Origin: Thermodesulfobacteriota bacterium
Lineage (GTDB): Bacteria; Desulfobacterota_D; UBA1144; Nemesobacterales; Mycalebacteriaceae
Reading direction: 5' to 3'
Assembly: GCA_965198945.1 (NCBI GenBank)
Contig: CBDAQI010000001.1
Location: 64,001 to 128,000, forward strand
DNA length: 64,000 bases
In this document: positions 29,388-38,373 of the stretch, piece after piece
Numbering within the stretch: the stretch's first letter is position 1
How the letters are laid out: the number at the start of each line of letters is the position of its first letter
Notes under the pieces: model-generated
What the model saw: the letters and a program-made list of their open reading frames with translations, nothing else
Told to the model about the DNA's origin: nothing
Database searches by the model: none
Translations under genes and position numbers: made by a program

Positions 29388-30974
29388 GTGAAATTGAAAA
29401 ACACTTCTTTCAAACGGATGTTTAAGAGCGGAGACGCCTATTCCTGGCTGACGGGGCTCGCCCTGATGGCTTCTCTGCTGATGATAGCCGGACTGCTGTT
29501 TCTTGTTGCTTCAAAAGGCCTCGGGTTTTTCTGGCCTTCTCCTGTGGCAAAGGTGAATCTTTCTGACGGCTCCTCGCTTCTGGGGCAGTTCGCCGGAAAC
29601 GAAAAAACCGAAAACGGCTCCGAAACAAGATTTAAAGTCGGAAACAGAGACATCTACGGGCTCGCCTTCCGCTGGGTGAGTGACGATGAAATAGAGTCGG
29701 TTGAGTATCCGCCCGGGGCTTTTGTTATTCAGCGGTGGGAATGGGGAGACATGATCGGAACCGTGAAGGAGATCATAACCGGGGACGGTGCCGTTGTATT
29801 TGACGGAAACCCGGAGACTCTTTCGCAGTTTGTTTCCCACGCGCATGAGATCAGGAACAGAGCGGAAAAAATAGCCGTTTCCGAAGTGGGAGACATAGTT
29901 TACGAAATGGAAAAAATACGGGAGAGGGCAAAAGAAGACGGTGATTCGCCGTCTTCTTCCGCCCGCCTTTCCGAGCTTGAGAACGAATACGGACGCAAAG
30001 AGGCGGAGCTTGAAGACATCTATTCAAGGATGGACGAAAACATACTTGTGGTTGTTACGGCCGAGGGTGATGAAAAAGAGGTCTCTTTCGGCAATATAGA
30101 GAGGATTTTTGCCCCGAATTCAATGAGTTTCCTTTCCAAAACGGCTCTTTATCTGGAGAGGTTCTGGTCTTTTGTTTCAACAGACCCGCGCGAAGCCAAC
30201 ACCGAGGGGGGAATTTTCCCGGCGATAATGGGCACGGTGATTATGGTCATTATAATGAGCATACTTGTTATGCCGCTCGGAGTTCTGGCCGCTCTCTATT
30301 TGAGCGAATATTCAAAAAAAGGGCTTTTTGTAAGAATAGTCAGGATATGCGTGAACAACCTTGCGGGGGTTCCGTCCATTGTTTTCGGAGTTTTTGGTCT
30401 CGGTTTCTTCATATACGGAATAGGAGGCACGATAGATTCCATTTTCTATAAAGACGCCCTTCCCGCGCCCACATTCGGCACGGGCGGCATTTTATGGGCT
30501 TCGCTGACCCTCGCCCTGCTCACGGTTCCCGTGGTTGTTGTCTCAACCGAGGAGGGGCTTTCCCAGGTGCCGAGAAATATGCGCGAGGGTTCTCTCGCGC
30601 TCGGAGCCACCAAATTTGAGACCGTCTGGAAAGTTGTTCTTCCCGGCGCCCTGCCGGGCATTCTGACGGGTCTTATACTTGCAGTCGCAAGAGCGGCGGG
30701 AGAAGTGGCCCCACTTATGCTGACCGGTGTTGTAAAGCTTGCGCCCGATGCCGTGATAGACGGAAGGTTTCCGTTCATTCACGCCGAAAGGAAGTTTATG
30801 CACCTGGGGTTTCACATATACGATGTCGGGTTCCAGTCTCCAAACGTGGAAGCCGCAAAAGACATAGTCTACGCCACGGCTTTTCTTCTTATAGTTATTG
30901 TCGCAATTCTCAATCTCGCGGCTATTTTTCTGAGAAACAGGATAAGACACAAAAGATTCGGTCAGACAATTTGA
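29388..30974 (+). CDS. pstA: Phosphate ABC permease PstA
   Basis: PREANTEGGIFPAI, NLAGVPSIVFG, ARAAGEVAPL. Confidence 0.93.
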   Translation: MKLKNTSFKRMFKSGDAYSWLTGLALMASLLMIAGLLFLVASKGLGFFWPSPVAKVNLSDGSSLLGQFAGNEKTENGSETRFKVGNRDIYGLAFRWVSDDEIESVEYPPGAFVIQRWEWGDMIGTVKEIITGDGAVVFDGNPETLSQFVSHAHEIRNRAEKIAVSEVGDIVYEMEKIRERAKEDGDSPSSSARLSELENEYGRKEAELEDIYSRMDENILVVVTAEGDEKEVSFGNIERIFAPNSMSFLSKTALYLERFWSFVSTDPREANTEGGIFPAIMGTVIMVIIMSILVMPLGVLAALYLSEYSKKGLFVRIVRICVNNLAGVPSIVFGVFGLGFFIYGIGGTIDSIFYKDALPAPTFGTGGILWASLTLALLTVPVVVVSTEEGLSQVPRNMREGSLALGATKFETVWKVVLPGALPGILTGLILAVARAAGEVAPLMLTGVVKLAPDAVIDGRFPFIHAERKFMHLGFHIYDVGFQSPNVEAAKDIVYATAFLLIVIVAILNLAAIFLRNRIRHKRFGQTI

Positions 30975-30991
30975 ACGGTTTGGAGTGAGAA

Positions 30992-31786
30992 ATGCAAGAT
31001 CAGTTTGAGTCCAGAGACAACACAAATTTTGAATCCGTAATAGCCGAGGTTAAAAACCTCTCGCTCAAATACGGTAATTCACTCGCGCTCAAAAACATAT
31101 CAATGCGCGTTCCGGAAAACATGTCCACCGCCCTCATAGGGCCTTCGGGCTGCGGAAAGTCAACCTTTCTGCGCTGTTTCAACCGGCTCAACGACCTCAT
31201 AGACGATGTTTCAATTGAGGGGGAGATATTTATCTCCAGAAACAACATATATGCTCCCGACCTTGAGGTGAGCGATTTGCGCAGACGGGTGGGCATGGTG
31301 TTTCAGAAGTCAAATCCTTTTTCCGCCTCAATTTACGAAAATGTCGCCTACGGGCCCCGCATAGCGGGGATGAGGAATAAAACCGACCTTGAAGAAATAG
31401 TGGAATCAAGCCTCCGGCAGGCGGGGCTCTGGCCCGAAGCGCGCGACCGTCTGAAAGAATCGGCCTTCGCGCTCTCAGGCGGTCAGCAGCAGCGTCTCTG
31501 CATAGCGCGGGCCATAGCAGTTCGCCCCGAGCTTCTGCTCATGGATGAGCCGTGCAGCGCTCTTGACCCCATAGCGACCGCGAGCATAGAAGAATTGATA
31601 AGAGAGCTGAAAAAGAAATACACGGTTGTTATTGTTACACACAACATGCAGCAGGCGGCGAGGGTTTCCGACTATACGATGTTCATGTATCTCGGACGGA
31701 TGGTTGAATACGATGAGACTGAAAAGATTTTTCTCAATCCTTATTTGAAGGAAACCGAGGACTATGTTTCAGGAAAGTTTGGATGA
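30992..31786 (+). CDS. pstB: Phosphate ABC ATPase
   Basis: [38 protein letters not shown]. Confidence 0.96.
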   Translation: MQDQFESRDNTNFESVIAEVKNLSLKYGNSLALKNISMRVPENMSTALIGPSGCGKSTFLRCFNRLNDLIDDVSIEGEIFISRNNIYAPDLEVSDLRRRVGMVFQKSNPFSASIYENVAYGPRIAGMRNKTDLEEIVESSLRQAGLWPEARDRLKESAFALSGGQQQRLCIARAIAVRPELLLMDEPCSALDPIATASIEELIRELKKKYTVVIVTHNMQQAARVSDYTMFMYLGRMVEYDETEKIFLNPYLKETEDYVSGKFG

Positions 31787-31805
31787 GTAATAAACGGGGG
31801 AAAAT

Positions 31806-32462
31806 ATGGCAAACATAATCTCAGAAGAAATACAGGATCTCAGAAAGTCTCTGCTTGAGATGTCGGGCGTGGTTGACTCAATGCTTGAAAAAAGCATTGA
31901 GCTTATAAGAGACAACACGGACGCCAAGTCACGCATAGCCGAAATAAAGGATCTGGACGACAAGGTTGACTCAAAGGAGCTTGAGATTGACGCCAAGTGC
32001 GTCCGTCTCTTGAGTCTTTACGCTCCCGAAGCCGAGATGCTGAGGACAACCGTTGCGGTGATGAAGATCAACAACGATGTTGAAAGAATCGGAGACCACG
32101 CGGTCAATGTGGCGCGGCTGGTCGGAAAGGGCTCGGACTACCCGCCTCTTGAACTTTTCACAAAGGCGGCGGTTATGGGAGACAAGGCGCTTGAGATGTT
32201 CAGAATGAGCATGGACGCGTTCATGAACAAGAAAAAAGACCTTGCGTTTGAGGTCTCCGCCAAAGATGAGGAGGTTGATTCAATGGAAAAGGAAATAATG
32301 GCGGGCGCTCTTGAACACCTCAAAAAATTTCCCGAATCCATTCAGGCCGCCACCTGCCTGATAGTGCTTGTGAGAAATCTGGAAAGGGCGGCGGATTTGG
32401 CGGACAACATATCCGAAGACACACACTATCTTATAACGGGCGAGGTCAGGAAACACTCCTGA
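31806..32462 (+). CDS. phoU: Phosphate signalling protein PhoU
   Basis: DVERIGDHA and NLERAAD repeats; last gene of the pst operon. Confidence 0.93.
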   Translation: MANIISEEIQDLRKSLLEMSGVVDSMLEKSIELIRDNTDAKSRIAEIKDLDDKVDSKELEIDAKCVRLLSLYAPEAEMLRTTVAVMKINNDVERIGDHAVNVARLVGKGSDYPPLELFTKAAVMGDKALEMFRMSMDAFMNKKKDLAFEVSAKDEEVDSMEKEIMAGALEHLKKFPESIQAATCLIVLVRNLERAADLADNISEDTHYLITGEVRKHS

Positions 32463-32481
32463 ACCCGAATCCGTACCGCCT

Positions 32482-33804
32482 TCAGGTTTTCTCCTTCAGA
32501 TGGAAATAGACCGTAAAAGCGCTTCCGCGCCCGGGCTCGCTTTCAACTCCTATGCTGCCGCCGTGGATTTCCGCCGTCTGACGGGCGATGCTGAGCCCGA
32601 GCCCGCTTCCTTTCCGGTTTCCGCCGCGCGACCCTCTGTAGAAACGTTCAAAAATTCTGCCCATGTCTTTTTCTTCAATACCCTCACTGAAGTCTTTAAC
32701 GCAAACCCTCGCCTCTCCCTTCTCTCCGTGCTTGACAGACACCTCAACTTTTCCGCCTTCGTGTGAGTATTTGACGGCGTTTTCAATCAGGTTCACAAAC
32801 ATATTTTCAATCATAAGCCTGTCTCCCTTCATCTGAATTTCCGGGGTCTCCTCGGCAATCTCCATATTGATATTTTTTTTGTCCGCTTCGGTTCTCATAA
32901 GCTGGACGGCATTTTTCACGGCTTCTGAGAGGTTGAAATGCGCAAAATTTGCCGGGTTTTTCGGTTTCTGCTCAAGTTCTGAGAAACTGATTATGCGTGA
33001 GCACAGATCGGTGAGCCGCTTTGTGTTTCTTTTAAGTATGCGCGAAAATTTTTCCGTCTCCTCATCCTCCGATTTGGAGGCGATCCCCTCCACCGCTCCG
33101 ATTATTGAAGTCAGCGGCGTTCTGATTTCATGGGAAATGTTTGTTATCAAGTCTTTTTGCGCAATTTCCATCTTTTTCAGCCTGGTTGAATCAAAAAGAA
33201 CAAGCGACACTTCTTTCAGTCCTTTTCCGGGAGCCGCGACCACCGTGTAGAAGGTTTCAGACGGGTAGAGGTTTGCCACCTCGCGCCTGACGGGTTCGCC
33301 GGACTCAAAAGCGTCTTCTATCAACCGCCTCATTTGCGGACTGAATATGACCTCCCAGTAGTTTCTTCCCACTATGCCCCCGGACGCTCCAAGCATTGAG
33401 TGCGCGGTTTTGTTTGCCGCTTTTATTAGGCCCGCGGACGAGACGCACAAAACCCCATCGCTGACGAGGTCCAAAGCTCCGGCAAATCTTGTGTTCCGCT
33501 GTTCGGTTTCTTCAAACCGGCTCTTCAGGTCCCTCGCCGCCGCATTGAGCGCTTTTGACATATTCTCCTCCGCCTGGTCTTGCGCCTCGTAGCGCGGAAA
33601 CTGTTTTGAGAGAAGTGATTTCGCAAATTCGGTCACTTTTCTCTCAATTCTGCCGGCCCTTCCGCGCGCCACAAACGAAGCCGCAAAAGCCGCGCCGCCC
33701 GCGGCAAGGGCGAGAAGCGCGGCCTGCGTGCCGCCCGGAGAGTTCAGATAAGCCAGAACACCGGCCGCAGCACACAGAACCGCCGCCCGGGCTGAAATTT
33801 TCAA
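32482..33804 (-). CDS. phoR: PAS sensor histidine kinase (PhoR-like)
   Basis: SHEIRTPLT, NLIENAVKY, IFERFYR, GSGLGL. Confidence 0.85.
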   Translation of the reverse strand: MKISARAAVLCAAAGVLAYLNSPGGTQAALLALAAGGAAFAASFVARGRAGRIERKVTEFAKSLLSKQFPRYEAQDQAEENMSKALNAAARDLKSRFEETEQRNTRFAGALDLVSDGVLCVSSAGLIKAANKTAHSMLGASGGIVGRNYWEVIFSPQMRRLIEDAFESGEPVRREVANLYPSETFYTVVAAPGKGLKEVSLVLFDSTRLKKMEIAQKDLITNISHEIRTPLTSIIGAVEGIASKSEDEETEKFSRILKRNTKRLTDLCSRIISFSELEQKPKNPANFAHFNLSEAVKNAVQLMRTEADKKNINMEIAEETPEIQMKGDRLMIENMFVNLIENAVKYSHEGGKVEVSVKHGEKGEARVCVKDFSEGIEEKDMGRIFERFYRGSRGGNRKGSGLGLSIARQTAEIHGGSIGVESEPGRGSAFTVYFHLKEKT

Positions 33805-34505
33805 TCTTTTCCGTCCGTCCTTTCCAGTTTGTAGCCGACGCCGCGCACGGTTTTAATTTCAACACCGCCGCCCGTAATTTTGTCTCTCAGATTTTTGATG
33901 TGAACGTCCGCCGTCCGGTCGTAGACAAGACGGCCGTCAACGGCGCTTTTCTTTTTAATTATCTGGTCTCTGCTGAACACTCTTCCCGGATTTTGAGCAA
34001 GAAACTCAAGGATTCTGAACTGTGTCGCCGTGAGGTCAACGGGCTTTCCTCCCACTCTTGCCTCAAAGCTGTTTCCGTCTATTTTCAGTTTCCCGATTTC
34101 AATTATATTTTCATTTTTTTCCCCGCCCGCCGTTTTTCCTCTTCTCAGCACGCTTTTCACGCGCGCCACGAGCTCGCGCGAGCTGAACGGCTTTGTTATG
34201 TAGTCGTCCGCTCCCATTTCAAGCCCCAGAACAACATCCAGCTCCGTTGCCTTGGCGGTAAGTATTATTACGGGGATGGAAGCGGTTTGCCCGGAGCCCT
34301 TAAGCCATCTGCATATTTCCATTCCGCCGGTTTCCGGAAGCATCAGGTCAAGAAGAACCAGATCGGGTTTAAGAGAGTTTGTTAAAAGAAGAAAATCTCT
34401 TCCGTCACGAAAGGTTTTTGTTTTAAACCCCTCGTTTTTCAGACACGATGAAATTATCTCCAGAATGTCTTCTTCATCATCAACAATTGCGATTATTTTG
34501 GACAT
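33801..34505 (-). CDS. phoB: OmpR-family response regulator (PhoB/PhoP-like)
   Basis: VDDE, LDLMLP, GADDYITKPF, RT.DVHI, TVRGVGY; context. Confidence 0.85.
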   Translation of the reverse strand: MSKIIAIVDDEEDILEIISSCLKNEGFKTKTFRDGRDFLLLTNSLKPDLVLLDLMLPETGGMEICRWLKGSGQTASIPVIILTAKATELDVVLGLEMGADDYITKPFSSRELVARVKSVLRRGKTAGGEKNENIIEIGKLKIDGNSFEARVGGKPVDLTATQFRILEFLAQNPGRVFSRDQIIKKKSAVDGRLVYDRTADVHIKNLRDKITGGGVEIKTVRGVGYKLERTDGKD

Positions 34506-34558
34506 GGCGGAAAAATTATACACATTTAGGACGCTTCTCTTTACCGCCGATTTCTTTC

Positions 34559-34596
34559 TTAATACTCTCTTAACGCTTCATTTTCTGAAAATTAAC
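34559..34596 (+). promoter_or_regulatory. Pho box between phoB and the porin gene
   Basis: TTAAT 34559, TTAAC 34570, TTAAC 34592, all in 11-bp register. Confidence 0.55.
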
Positions 34597-34663
34597 CTGT
34601 TCTTTCTATTATTCTGCGCAAAAGGGGAATTTCCCCGAACTAAAACATGGAGGAATTAAAAAA

Positions 34664-35953
34664 GTGAGAATTTTAAGGAAACACAAGCTTCTGGTAATGC
34701 TTACGGTTTTTGCCGCGGTCGCGTTGCCCGCTCAGTCTTTTGCCGTCGAAATTGACGGAAAACTCGGCTACAAAAAGGGTCTTTACTATGAAAGCGAGGA
34801 CGGAAGATTCAAAATCAAACAGAATTTCCGTATTCAGTTCAGAATGGACGTTGCGGACACAAACGAAACGGGTAAAAAAACCGAGACGGATTTTATGATT
34901 CGCCGCTTGAAACTCAAATACGGCGGACACGCATATGAAAAATGGCTGAAATGGGGTTTTCAGCTTGTTGCGAACGCCGGCCGCAAAGGCAAGAATGACG
35001 ATGTAAAAGTGGATGACGCCTTCCTTGTGTTTGCCAAAAGCCGTCAGGCGGACTTGAAAGCGGGAAGATACAAAATTCCCTACGAGAGAGAGGTTCTGAA
35101 TTCTTCGTCCTCACTCCAGTTTGTTGACCGCTCTTTTGTAAAGGAGTTCGTCATAGGAGAGGGCAGAGCTGACGGAATTTCAACCGGCGGAATTTTAGGC
35201 AATATAGTCGCCTACAGAGCCGGAGTTTTCCAGAAAGACAGTGAGGAATTCAAAGGCTCGGGCAACATGCTTTTTGCCGGCCGCATTCAGTTCAACCTCT
35301 GCTGCGGTGAGTTGAAATACTCAAGCGGAAGTTTTACTTCGGGCGGCGATTACAAAATCACCCCGAACTTCGCCAAAGTTCCGACTTTTTCTCTCGGTGT
35401 GGGCGGATTTTACTACAACGCCGAGAAAACGGATGCCACATATAAGACCCTTCCGGATTCCGGCTCAACTCTTGTTGACAGCACAGCGAAACTTGACCTG
35501 AATTCCAATTCCGGAGTGACCGTTGACTTTGCGGCAAAAATTCCGAGGGCAAACTTTGAAACCGCTTTCTACTACGGCTCAGCAAAAAATGACAATAGCG
35601 TTAACGCAAGCCTTGGCGGTGATGGCGCTTTGGGTGGGAGCGACGCCAATGCTGATACTCAAGGGTCGGCGGGAACACAATCCCTCGGAAACTACGCCTA
35701 CAGGGTGCAGGGCGGTTTTATGATGACTCCGCAGTTTGAAATAGCGACCAGGTGGTCATATGCCGACTATGACAAGAAGTCTTCCGAGAATGACGAATGG
35801 CAGTGGACAACGGGTTTGAACTACTACATTGCGGCCAAACACCGCGCGAAAATTCAGGTTGACTACACCTACGGAAGCGAGAAAAACGGAATACAAATGG
35901 GAAAAGACAAGAAGGAAAACATCTTCCGCGCTCAGGTGCAGTTGTATCTGTGA
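34664..35953 (+). CDS. Phosphate-selective porin (OprO/OprP family)
   Basis: Signal peptide, F.IRRL.L, G.YKIP..RE...SS..LQFVDRS, C-terminal beta strand; divergent from phoB. Confidence 0.85.
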   Translation: MRILRKHKLLVMLTVFAAVALPAQSFAVEIDGKLGYKKGLYYESEDGRFKIKQNFRIQFRMDVADTNETGKKTETDFMIRRLKLKYGGHAYEKWLKWGFQLVANAGRKGKNDDVKVDDAFLVFAKSRQADLKAGRYKIPYEREVLNSSSSLQFVDRSFVKEFVIGEGRADGISTGGILGNIVAYRAGVFQKDSEEFKGSGNMLFAGRIQFNLCCGELKYSSGSFTSGGDYKITPNFAKVPTFSLGVGGFYYNAEKTDATYKTLPDSGSTLVDSTAKLDLNSNSGVTVDFAAKIPRANFETAFYYGSAKNDNSVNASLGGDGALGGSDANADTQGSAGTQSLGNYAYRVQGGFMMTPQFEIATRWSYADYDKKSSENDEWQWTTGLNYYIAAKHRAKIQVDYTYGSEKNGIQMGKDKKENIFRAQVQLYL

Positions 35954-36008
35954 TAAGTTTGAGATTTGGGCATCTGTAAAAATGCGAAAAGAGGGGCGCC
36001 TGAGCCCG

Positions 36009-36139
36009 TTCACTGACGCCGTCATTCCCGCGAAAGCGGGAATCCGGATTTGTTGTGTAGCCTTTGGCGACTCGTTTCATTCCCCCGCTTTCGCGGGGGC
36101 AGGCTTCACCGGATGGCGTGTGAAGCACTGCATGACGGG
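36009..36139. repeat. MITE/REP-like palindromic element, copy 1
   Basis: GTCATTCCCGCGAAAGCGGGAATCC...GCACTGCATGAC with GTCAT/ATGAC inverted ends and an internal CCCCCGCTTTCGCGGGGG hairpin. Confidence 0.8.
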
Positions 36140-36311
36140 AGTTGAGGGCAGAGGCTCCGGCAAAACTACTGCTACTATGGGCGCCCATTTTAATAACTGG
36201 GCTTGAAAAAAACCCTTGAATTTGCCCGAACCTTGATATAATCTTCAACCAAAGCCGATTGAGGTTGGAGGTTGCGGGTTCGCTTCTCCCACTGGCATTT
36301 TGAGATAACAC

Positions 36312-36340
36312 TTGACGATTGTTGCCGGTTTTTTTATAAT
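36312..36340 (+). promoter_or_regulatory. Near-consensus sigma70 promoter
   Basis: TTGACG-17 nt-TATAAT, followed by AGGAGGT RBS. Confidence 0.75.
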
Positions 36341-36399
36341 GTTTGTGATTTTGCGAACTCGGTTTCGCCGAATTGGTTTAATTTTAGGAGGTAGGAGAT

Positions 36400-38166
36400 A
36401 TGAGGAAAGCTAACTGGCTTATAATGTTTCTTCTGGCTTTCGCGGTGGCTGTTCCGGCATCCGCTGTGGAGCTTAATCTGGGAGGGTTTCCCAGTTATAT
36501 GTCCACAAGGGCGCGTTACATTGAAAACGCAACCTACAGAAACGCATTGGCCACCAAAACGGACGATGCAATCTTTTTCGTGGACACCACCCTTCGTGTT
36601 ACCCCGCAGCTTGTTTTGAGCGATGCGGTAACCATTAGGGCTCAGGTTGACATATTTGACAACAACATTTGGGGCGGCTCCACCAACCAGCTTCTCGGCG
36701 GCGGTTCCACTCTTGTTAACTCAAGTATTTCACCAAGTGATAAGTTTGTGGGGTCGCTTCTCACCGGAGACGCCACTTCAAAATGTCTTGAGTTCGGGAA
36801 CTTCTGTGCCGTTGAAAAGGATGCGGGGTTTTTCAATGTCCGCATGCTTCACGCGGACATCGTTCTTCCGAACAATCTCGGATTTGTAAGAGTGGGTCGT
36901 CAGCCATTTGACTGGGGTCTCGGAATTCTTGCAAACGGCGGATGGGACCCGGCAAGCGACGGCGGATTCCTTGTTGACAGGTTTCTGTGGCTGAAAACCT
37001 TCCCGACTTCCGGAGACTCTTCCCTTACGGCGATTTTTGTGTCTGACAGAATCACGCAGGGAACCGGTCTTCACACCGGAACCGGAGACGGATGGGACGG
37101 CGGCGCAGTCGCGGTTGTTTTCAACAAACCCGACATGGGCGGCATAAACGCCACACTCGGCGGATATGTCTTTCCTTACATCCATCAAGACAAATTTATC
37201 GGGGGTTTCGGAGACCTTGACAGATTCACGCTCTACTCGTTTCTGCTTGACCTGAAAGGAGACTCCTGGAAGTTTACCGGTGAGCTTCAGGGCGGATTTG
37301 GCAAACTCAAGAAAGTTCTGAAGACAGATGATTCTACGAGAGGCAATTCTACAATCAAGAACGCCATTATTTTCGCGGTTCGCGGCGAATACATGCCTCC
37401 GGCCATTGAATATCTTGATGTTGTCGGAGCAGAGTTCGGATGGGCCGACGGTGATAAAAATACAGGCACTTCCTGGAGAGATGGTGATCCTATTGAGGGC
37501 GGTGTTATCGTCTTCAACCCGGCATACAACCTTGACAACCTCTTGTTCAAGCACGTAATGCCCAACATCTATCAGGATGCGAACGCTAACATACTTGCCA
37601 AAACGCAGGCAAGTGTTCAGAACGCTTACTACGCCCGCGTTTACGCTCAGATTCCCGTTACGGACAGAGTGTCTTTCAGGCCTCAAGTTCTTGTCGGCTG
37701 GAATCAGGAGACTAACAGTCTGATAGCAGGTAGTAGAGAAACTGTTATAGGAAGCGTACCAAATGGTACTGCCGCATTAGTTGATGGACTTTCTTCGGGT
37801 GCCGATGACTCAGCTAAAACTGGCAGGAAAACTGTTACAAGGGATGCTGTCAACCAGCCCAAGGACAAAGTCAGCTCTTATCTCGGAACCGAGATTGAGG
37901 GAACGGTTACGGTTGAAGTTTATCCGGGTGTTGACCTTGACATCATCGGCAGTCTTATTATTGCCGGAGAAGGTCTGACAGATCTTCTTCAAGCTCAGGC
38001 ATTTGTAAGGGACAATAGTGCTGCTGGAACTACTGAGTTTGCAAACAAGGCTGCGGCAGATGCAGTTGCTACTAACATTACCAACCAGAAGGCAAACGAT
38101 GTCATCTGGGGAGTTCAGACGAAGCTCACCATCTACATTGATGAGTTTTTCAAATCTGACGCTTAA
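36400..38166 (+). CDS. Putative major outer-membrane beta-barrel protein, paralog 1
   Basis: Signal peptide (ASA), alternating amphipathic strands, VGRQPFDWGLGI..NGG motif; strong promoter and terminator. Confidence 0.7.
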   Translation: MRKANWLIMFLLAFAVAVPASAVELNLGGFPSYMSTRARYIENATYRNALATKTDDAIFFVDTTLRVTPQLVLSDAVTIRAQVDIFDNNIWGGSTNQLLGGGSTLVNSSISPSDKFVGSLLTGDATSKCLEFGNFCAVEKDAGFFNVRMLHADIVLPNNLGFVRVGRQPFDWGLGILANGGWDPASDGGFLVDRFLWLKTFPTSGDSSLTAIFVSDRITQGTGLHTGTGDGWDGGAVAVVFNKPDMGGINATLGGYVFPYIHQDKFIGGFGDLDRFTLYSFLLDLKGDSWKFTGELQGGFGKLKKVLKTDDSTRGNSTIKNAIIFAVRGEYMPPAIEYLDVVGAEFGWADGDKNTGTSWRDGDPIEGGVIVFNPAYNLDNLLFKHVMPNIYQDANANILAKTQASVQNAYYARVYAQIPVTDRVSFRPQVLVGWNQETNSLIAGSRETVIGSVPNGTAALVDGLSSGADDSAKTGRKTVTRDAVNQPKDKVSSYLGTEIEGTVTVEVYPGVDLDIIGSLIIAGEGLTDLLQAQAFVRDNSAAGTTEFANKAAADAVATNITNQKANDVIWGVQTKLTIYIDEFFKSDA

Positions 38167-38219
38167 TTAACTAAGCTGAAAACTTTTTCCTCTGACTGAC
38201 AAAGGCGGGGAATTAAATC

Positions 38220-38255
38220 AAAGCGGCGCTCTTACAAAGAGCGCCGCTTTTTTTT
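38220..38255 (+). terminator. Intrinsic terminator
   Basis: AAGCGGCGCTCT-TACAA-AGAGCGCCGCTT followed by a T run. Confidence 0.85.
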
Positions 38256-38373
38256 GCCCGCCGCCCGCAGTCAAATAACTACTTGAAAAACCTCGTCTTT
38301 TTGTATATTTTAGCCCCGTAGCATTTTGTTCCTTTGAAGGGTAAAGAACAAATTTCTCAAAGGGGGAGAGATA

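Noticed and set aside
36009..36139. CRISPR repeat
   Set aside because: Two dispersed degenerate copies, no regular spacers and no cas genes
35718..36311. 197-aa and 125-aa ORFs over the repeat
   Set aside because: They translate the palindromic element (PDSRFRGND / VIPAKAGI) and overlap the porin gene
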